Assembly (NCBI GenBank): GCA_951406725.2
Contig: OX597823.1
Span: forward strand, 11,904,001-11,968,000
Direction: 5' to 3'
Origin: Octopus vulgaris
Lineage: Eukaryota
DNA: 64,000 bases
How positions within the stretch are numbered: the first letter of the stretch is position 1; each line of letters begins with the position of its first letter. The position numbers were made by a program, and so were the translations under genes. Positions 55,831 through 64,000 of this stretch are shown piece after piece. Below the pieces are notes generated by a model. The model did not search any database. It worked only from the letters and a program-made list of their open reading frames with translations, and was not told the DNA's origin.

Positions 55831-56530
55831 ACCTCATCTCTCAGAACTTCTTAAATCATAGATCACAGTCCAGTAATGAAGCAGTGTAATCTATACAATT
55901 GCAAAAGTCTTATAACATATATAAGACTTATAACTAGAAATTTATTTTTTACAAATCTTGAAGCATGTAAATAATTAATGAAGCCCCACATGGTGTATTA
56001 AAAGCAAGTTCAAGAAAAAAACAAAAACAAACAAAAAGCAAAAGGGAACGTTAGTGTTGCAACTTTATACATGCCACTGCTAACCGCACCAATCCCCCTC
56101 CCCAGGCCACATATCACAACTACAATAAATACCTTAATACACTCCCAAATACTAAAGGGAAAACTTCAATGGATACAAAAACCTCATCTCTCAGAACTTC
56201 TTAAATCATAGATCACAGTCCAGTAATGAAGCAGTGTAATCTATACAATTGCAAAAGTCTTATAACATATATAAGACTTATAACTAGAAATTTATTTTTT
56301 ACAAATCTTGAAGCATGTAAATAATTAATGAAGCCCCACATGGTGTATTAAAAGCAAGTTCAAGAAAAAAACAAAAACAAACAAAAAGCAAAAGGGAACG
56401 TTAGTGTTGCAACTTTATACATGCCACTGCTAACCGCACCAATCCCCCACCCCAGGCCACATATCACAACTACAATAAATACCTTAATACACTCCCAAAT
56501 GCTAAAGGGAAAACTTCAATGGATACAAAA
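55831..56530. repeat. 350-bp tandem duplication (55831-56180 / 56181-56530)
   Basis: Two substitutions seen between the copies. Confidence 0.95.
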
Positions 56531-57248
56531 ATTCCTGGTACATAAACAATACAGATAACACCAGAGAGAATATAAAGCATCTCAGCTAAATTCCCTTTAC
56601 AGCCAAAACAACCCACACGGACACACACACACACACACACACACACTTTACCAAGCCGACTTCAGCTTTATCTCCAGACATTATATTCCTCTTCATACAT
56701 CTGATTACCACAAACACTTGGTAAAAAGTCCCGGTGGATCTCCATCTACCAACCCATCACTGTTGTCTTCATCACCATCGTCGTCATCATCATCATCATC
56801 ATCATCATCATTATCATAATCACACTCACACATTCACTAGACAAAAATCCCTTTCGCAAACTTCAAAAAGGCAGATGGAAATGTTTCACCAAGAGACAAA
56901 AACTACCGTTCTCGAGATTAAAGATTAAAAAGCATTTATTCTTTTAATCAAACCAAACAGACGTGAAAAATGAAAAAGGAATTCTAAAAATCCTAAATCC
57001 CAGCGACTGATAAAATCCCATAACTACACTTATAGTACTTTGAAACCCATGGAATTGTTGCATTTACCATTTTCATTTACTCTTAACAAAACTACTAAAA
57101 TCTCAATATCTGAAATCTTGATAAAATAATAATTCTAAAACTTAACAAAATCCCAAATGAGGCCAGATACAATAACTTAAAATCCCTTTGAATGAAAAGC
57201 AAAAGCTGAAAGTTATCCGTGGGTAACTGTTTTCGCTTCGAAAGACAT

Positions 57249-58215
57249 CTATTTCTTTACTACCCACAAGGGGCTAAACATAGAGGAAACAAACAAGAGC
57301 AGACAAAGGGATTAAGTCAATTATATCGACCCCAGTGCGTAACTGGTACTTAATTTATCGACCCCAAAAGGATGAAAGGTAAAGTTGACCTCGGCTGAAT
57401 TTGAACTCAGAACGTAAAGACAGACGAAATACCTATTTCTTTACTACCCACAAGGGGCTAAACATAGAGGAAACAAACAAGAGCAGACAAAGGATTAAGT
57501 CAATTATATCGACCCCAGTGCGTAACTGGTACTTAATTTATCGACCCCAAAAGGATGAAAGGTAAAGTTGACCTCGGCTGAATTTGAACTCAGAACGTAA
57601 AGACAGACGAAATACCTATTTCTTTACTACCCACAAGGGGCTAAACATAGAGGAAACAAACAAGAGCAGACAAACGGATTAAGTCAATTATATCGACCCC
57701 AGTGCGTAACTGGTACTTAATTTATCGACCCCAAAAGGATGAAAGGCAAAGTCGACCTCGGCGGAATTTGAACTCAGAACGTAAAGACAGACGAAACACC
57801 TATTTCTTTACTACCCACAAGGGGCTAAACGTAGAGGAGGCAAACAAGGGCAGACAAAGGGATTAAGTCAATAATATCGACCCCAGTGCGTAACTGGTAC
57901 TTAATTTATCGACCCCAAAAGGATGAAAGGCAAAGTCGACCTCGGCGGAATTTAAACTCAGAACATAGCAGCAGACGAAATACCTATTTCTTTACTACTC
58001 ACAAGGGGCTAAACATAGAGGAGGCAAACAAGGGCAGACAAAGGGATTAAGTCACTTATATCGACTCCATTGCGCAACTGGTACTTAATTTAGCGATCCC
58101 AAAAGGATGAAAGGCAAAGTCGACCTCGGCGGAATTTGAACTCAGAACGTAAAGGTAGACGAAATACGGCTACGCATTTCGGCCGGCGTGCTAACGTTTC
58201 TGCCAGCTTGCCGCC
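57249..58215 (-). mobile_element. SINE type A with five tandem ~184-bp body units
   Basis: Units begin at 57249, 57433, 57616, 57800 and 57984; single head. 18-bp TSD TTCGCTTCGAAAGACATC. Confidence 0.95.
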
Positions 58216-59000
58216 TTCTTCGCTTCGAAAGACATCATTAAAAGGTAGATTTATATATTTCCCGAAGCTTCTACATTTATATACAAAATATAAACAAATT
58301 TACTTTCTCGCTTGTGAAAAGATTAAAATATCTAATTTGAGAAATGGGGAGCAAATTTTTTTTGCAATTGGTGGCACATCTGTCATGGTTATATCGTTCA
58401 TGTACCACGGGTATATTTCAGCCTTATTTTACCCATCAAATGGATTTAACCCATAGTATCTGAAGCGATTATTTACAGCCGTATTCACTTGGAGATATGC
58501 CGTTGAAAGACTTACATATTTTTAGTACTTCTACATTTATATTGCAAGGAAACAGTATTATACAGACTCTAAAAACCCATCCGTGCACATATTAAATAAC
58601 TTAGGAAAATTAATCATTCCATGCTTTCCTTTTTTCTAGCATATATAGCTCCAGGTTATTATGTCTAGACACTGCACTATTTGCATAGACTACCTAATGG
58701 ATTTAACAACAGAAAAAATATATTCCTCTTTGTAATTACATCTGGCATTTGCAGAGAGTTCGATTTTATCATCTGCTGCTGAGTTATAAACAGAATATTA
58801 AATATCTTGGAAATTACACAGAAATAGGCTAACGAACCAACCTGTATGCAGTAGCTCAACCTATTAGAAATGGTAATTGCAGTCTCCCTCTTAAAATTAT
58901 ATTCCACCGTTTTAAAAATAGTAATTAGTTTATGTAGTCCTAGCTACATTCTACAAGACTAAAAGGCTGGAACATCTGCTCAATGGCGATTGACTTTGGT

Positions 59001-59039
<39 letters not shown>

Positions 59040-59966
59040 CAGCAGCAGCAGCTAGCAGTGACAAAAAATAAAAAGATGACATCATAAATCGTTATCTCAG
59101 TTTTTGATCCTTACGTAGAATAAACTAACAACACATTTAGAATCTGCAAATCCCCAAGCAGATTACTACAAGAATCTGTTGTCTTACCGACAGTTTTTTT
59201 ATTTTAAAATCAACATAACTTAGACATACTTCAGATACAGATAGCACCATAGTTATTCCATCTCAGCTTTCCCTAAATACAGCTACTTATCAAGTTCTGC
59301 ATCAACCACCTACTGAAACATTACCCCAAGCAAATAGACTAAAAGTAGCACTAGCAACATATTTCTCATATAACCACATACTGTTATAAAAAGGACATTT
59401 AGAAGCACATTGGAAAATGTGCTTCTAAATACACAATGTATCCGCAAGACATGATGGTCACATTTGGAATGTCTTTGAGTATAGTTTTGCTCAAATAACT
59501 CTAATATCGGATTAAACATCACCAACTTAAAGAAAAACCTTCTAAATTCACCATGTCTTTTTTTAACAGTGATTCTAAAGAACAGCAACGACAATCTACC
59601 ATCACTTTAGCTAATCATAACTAAGTTCCCTTTATATCCTAAACACTGCAGACTAGTGCGCACACCTAGACCTACACATTCTTCAACAACTCAACTACAA
59701 TTCTTTCCCAGAAAACACCATCTTGTTCCAACGCATAGCTACAACTTACTTGGCAAACTGTTACCCAACTTTCCACGGATCACCTACCAGTAATTATCAT
59801 CCTGACACACTCATGCATCAATGAACATAGCAAAAACATTTTTACAAGCTTTTAAAAAGTACAACGAAACGAGTTTCAGCAAGAAAAAGAACCAATGTAT
59901 CAGAATCTAAAAATACCGCTGCCATCAACATAGACATTATAGCATATACATAATATATATATATTA

Positions 59967-60363
59967 CTAGCAGTATCGCCCGGCGTTGCTCGGGTTTGTA
60001 AGGGAAATAACTATATAAGCATTTTTAGAGAGTTATAGCCAAACAAAAGCAAAAAAATGCATTAAAAATGGAAAAAAAATGATGGTAAATTTTTTTTTTA
60101 AATCGTTGACTCATCGTAGACATTTTTAGAGAGTTACTTCCCTTATATAATAGCGAAAAAATGCATTAAATGGAAAAAAATGATGGTAAATATTTTAAAA
60201 ATCGTAGACTCATCGTAGACGCGCGCTAATACCCAGAAGGGCTCGATATGAATCACGACTATAAGATACCCGTTTTTGGTTAAACTGCACCGCAAAATGT
60301 GGGAGTAGTTAGGAATCTAAATCGTAGGAGACAGACACACAACTTCACTTTTATATATAAAGA
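59967..60363 (-). mobile_element. Non-autonomous Helitron
   Basis: Minus strand: A|TCTTTATATATAAAAG ... hairpin CCCGAGCAACGCCGGG ... CTAG|T. No TSD; internal ~100-bp tandem repeat. Confidence 0.85.
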
Positions 60364-60375
60364 TATAGTATATAC

Positions 60376-60446
<71 letters not shown>

Positions 60447-60449
<3 letters not shown>

Positions 60450-60646
60450 ATCCAAACATGAAAACACAACAACGCGAGGACGTGGAACAAGCATAGTATT
60501 ATTGGACGCTCAGGAAAGAAGGAAAGAAGGGGGTTAAACGTTTCGAGCGGAGCTCTTCGTCAGAAACATAGGAAAAGGAAAGATCCAAAAGAAGGGAAGA
60601 CGGAGGAAAAAAATCGCCAACGGTACACACGCGGTCACATTTTGAA
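60447..60646 (-). mobile_element. PLE-type terminal fragment with hammerhead (60533-60567) in (TA)n
   Basis: GTTT-CTGACGA-A-GAGC-tcc-GCTC-GAAA-CG-TT-TAAC: canonical core with a weak stem I. Confidence 0.75.
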
Positions 60647-60759
60647 TATATATATATATTTAGTAAATATATATATATATATATTTAGTATATACTATAT
60701 ATATTATATACTAAATAATTCTAGTCCCATCTAAAACACATCAACAACACAAGGTTGTA

Positions 60760-61350
60760 GTTTGTACAAGAATAACACTTCCAGAATCTCCAGTTTTTGA
60801 ATGGCATACCAGAACGATCTGTCCTGTCACGCATTGTTTTCAACCTATATCTATGCGACACATCGTGAAAACCTGAGCGCCTCATATGCAGATGACGTCC
60901 TTCTGTTTCTCCAGACCTTCTTGATCAACTTCTTTCAACTTTATTCATATCACCTGGAAAGTTGATTCCTAATATGATTTGTGTTAACGCCTTCCAAATC
61001 TACTTTCTTCCTTCTGGCCAGCAACATCAGAAAACATCAAAGACGACCAATCGTCAAACTGAACAGCATACACATCGAAGACATAGTAAAGAAAGCATAT
61101 TAACGCGCAAACTAAGAAAAAAAAGAGAAAAAAAAAAACACACTGAGGCATTACATTTGGCCAACAGAAAGAAGCAACAACAGTGGTGTACAAACAATAC
61201 TTTAGATCCATCATAGACCACACTAATCTTTACTGAGCTTCCATTTTCTCTACAAGAAATTACGAGGAATATAAAAGAGCACACCACACGTCAGAACAAA
61301 TTATATATGAACCACATCCACAGAACATAGACACATCGAAACAAAAATAT
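60760..61350 (+). mobile_element. Jockey/I-group LINE RT relic
   Basis: NGIPERSVLSRIVFNLYLCD/SYADDVLL...VYKQYFRSIIDH. Confidence 0.7.
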
Positions 61351-61984
61351 TAAAAATGAAATATCACTTTGACATGTAATGAACATAGTTTGTTGTCGCA
61401 GCATGATTCATTATCACGCAGTCCTTGTTAGTGTACACACCGAAATTGCTGCACCATCAATAGTTTAATTTCTTCCAAACACTGTATTTGGATGTACACT
61501 ACAAAAAAAAAAAATGCGCAGAAACAATAACTGTTGTTCCGTGGCTGAGTTTGTCACGTTTTCTTCCGCTAATGCTTGTACATCGCGAAAAAGTAGAAAT
61601 AAGTCAAGTGGTTGCTTCCTTTGCACCTGAAAACTCCCACCGGACGGAAGAGCAGTCCGCCGCAAGATGAAGGCCAACTGCTGCTGGCACACGGAATCGA
61701 GTGGAAAAATATAAAATTAAGTGCCTTGGCCAAGGAGACAACGCACCACATGGTGCGTTGGTCATAGTGTATCATAGTGTATTGGTCATATGATCGTAAG
61801 GTCATAGTGTATCGACCCTATGACCTTACGATCATGTGCATAATACTCTAATCTTTGGGCCCTTATGCTGCTACACACGCGCGCGTGCGTGTATGCACAC
61901 ACGTATATTTATTACGTATATATGTGGGGACTAAGTTATCGTGTCTTACCAAAATAAAGAAGAAACACTCTACAAATATTTCTA

Positions 61985-62345
61985 TTGTTTTACTTGTTTC
62001 AATCATTGGACTGCGACCGAGCGCCATTTTGAAGGGCTTAGTCGTCCCCAGTACTTATTTGTTCATTGGAATTTAATACTTATATTTCTATCATACCAGA
62101 CTAATACACTTTTACTAAACTGATACATTTCGAGGACATAACCAAGGCAAGTTATAATGAGAAGAGCAGAGATATATACGTACACATACCACGGGTTTCC
62201 ACCCAGTTTCCGTGTACCAAATTCACTTCTATAACATTGGTCGGGCTGGGGCTGTGATAGAGGGCATTTTTCCCAAGTTGCCGCAGAGCGCTTCTAAACC
62301 TGAAACCACGTAGTTGCGATGCGATCTTGTTAACCACTCAGTCAT
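61985..62345 (-). mobile_element. Diverged SINE type B
   Basis: TTTTACTTGTTTCAATCATTGGACTGCG...TTTCCGTGTACCAAATTCAC...TTCCCAAG. Confidence 0.7.
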
Positions 62346-62989
62346 CCAATAATACTGAGAAATACCAATAACATTTCGAACATATTAACGAAAGCGAAGC
62401 GATACAAAAACATTGTAATAATATTTGCAGACACATTTTGCTTAATCAAAGAAACAATGTTCTGGTACACACACTGTATTAAATGCATAATCACAGCTTT
62501 GTCTGGGCCTGCAGTCTCAACACGCATACACGAAAAAGAGAAAAAATTTGCTTATTACTATCACGAACACGAAATAGCACATTTTGTATTTGCTAGAGTG
62601 CACATAGATTGCACTTAAAGACAATTTGCAAATGAAATAAAAAAAATAATGAAAATGAAACAAAATGAGAATCGTTACATAGTCACTCGACCTGTTAGAA
62701 ATAGCAGTCAAATATTATTCAACTCATTGTCTACTGTTTGAGGAACGACATGCTCCTAGATATTATTCTGCCCGAATAAAAGACGGAATAGTCAAGGCTA
62801 GAATGCTTCTCATTATCGGTTTGCTCAGTTAGAGCTGATCCGGAGATAAACAACAACAAAAGCATACTGAACACGAAAGACCACCCGGACGTGTGCGGCT
62901 GTAGTACAAGCAATTGTCCTATTTTATTGATTCTGTATTCTCTTATCAATTTTATCAATTTTATCACGACTACACGACAATTAAATGAG

Positions 62990-63400
62990 CTTTGATTGCA
63001 ATCCTCTATACAAATTCGAAGACATTCTTCAGCTGCTTAATCTTTTCATTGTTTTCTCTGTAAAACATCTTTAGTCCACTTTACGATGACTGCTTTTAGT
63101 TTGTGACAAGACAATGGACGTTGCAAAGACTCATACAGAGCAGAGAATTTGTAAAGTCTTTGCAGAAGTTTTCATAGTAGGTAGCTGGCTCTTTCTTACT
63201 ATTCAAAGACCCGCCATTAGCTTAGATTTTCTTTGATACTATTTTCATAAATCATAAAAAATACAACGTGAATTTACTTTCACAAATTCGAACTTTTCTA
63301 ACGGTTATTGAATTTGTCTTATTAACGCAGCAAATTTGCGTTCATATTGAAAGTTGCCCTCTCATAATCCAGTAAAACTCTGACTCCCTCGACCCATACG
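62990..63400 (-). mobile_element. Possible CR1-like LINE relic
   Basis: Weak, frameshifted similarity to a CR1 post-RT region (FNMNA/KFAAL; GWVF..MKT). Confidence 0.35.
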
Positions 63401-63464
63401 CACCAACTCTTATGTCTAGTCCTGTCTCTCTGGAACATCAACTCCATGGTTTCATCTCCCTGCA

Positions 63465-63696
63465 AGGCGGCGAGCTGGCAGAAATGTTAGCAGGTCGGGC
63501 GAAATGCGTGGCCGTATTTCGTCTGTGGTTACGTTCCGAGTTCAAATTCCGCCGAGGTCGACTTTGCCTTTCATCCTTTCGGGGTCGATAAATTAAGTAC
63601 CAGTTATGTACTGGAGTCGATGTAATCGACTTAATCCGTTTGTCTGTCCTTGTTTGTCCCCTCTGTGTTTAGCTCCTTGTGGGTAGTAAAGAAATA
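63465..63696 (+). mobile_element. SINE type A
   Basis: Matches the family consensus. Confidence 0.92.
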
Positions 63697-63903
63697 CATT
63701 TTACTATTTCTGTTAATATTTTCCTCCTCAAGAAAGCGCGGCTTTGATAAAAAAAAAAAAAGTAAAATGAAAACATTTAGTTGCAGACCTTTGCGATTAA
63801 AGTTCAAACAAGGCTGTCCCCAGGTTTCACCTAACATAGAAAACTCACTCTGTTGTTCCATTTGCGAGTATAAACAGATAAATCTTCCTCTTGGTACACA
63901 TGA

Positions 63904-64000
63904 CGCAGGAGTGGGTGAATGGTAAGTAGCTTGATTACCGACCACGTAGTTTCGGGTTCAGTCCCACTGCATGGCACCTTGGGGCAAGTGTCTTCTACTT
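63904..64000 (+). mobile_element. SINE type B head, cut by the window edge
   Basis: CGCAGGAGTGG...GGTTCAGTCCCACTGCATGGCACCTTGGGGCAAGTGTCTTCTACT. Confidence 0.88.

Larger units (their letters stand above)
54795..58354. repeat. Diverged local duplication 54795-55767 / 57053-58354
   Basis: Shared unique flanks and the same SINE A insertion site, with several substitutions. Confidence 0.92.

Noticed and set aside
57249-58215. Regular array resembling CRISPR
   Set aside because: The units are ~184-bp whole-unit repeats with no unique spacers, no cas genes and a eukaryotic context.
59090-59930. Possible LINE RT relic (LLQESVVLPTVF)
   Set aside because: Too degenerate to assign without a profile search.

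Overview
AT-rich, microsatellite-saturated eukaryotic DNA with no recognisable intact host exon. The repeat content points to an octopus/cephalopod genome, which is my inference and not a database result. Almost all ORFs in the track are translations of microsatellites or SINEs. The window is a transposon mosaic. It holds four tRNA-derived SINE types (working names A-D, many with clean TSDs) and decayed RTE, R4/Dong-like and CR1/Jockey-like LINEs. It also holds two hAT transposase relics, hAT and Tc1/mariner MITEs, non-autonomous Helitrons and Penelope-like element (PLE) GIY-YIG fragments. The most interesting signal is a set of at least 8 minimal hammerhead-ribozyme-like motifs, most in PLE-type 3' ends abutting (TA)n. 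One of them sits in an element with a tRNA-derived Pol III head, i.e. a candidate ribozyme-bearing, PLE-mobilised SINE (31899-32410). Other notable features are head/tail shuffling among SINEs and a duplicated locus where one SINE insertion has 1 versus 5 internal units inside the same TSD. A 4.1-kb near-identical duplication around a 100-N gap and a corrupted duplicate at 43.4-44.1 kb look like assembly artefacts.
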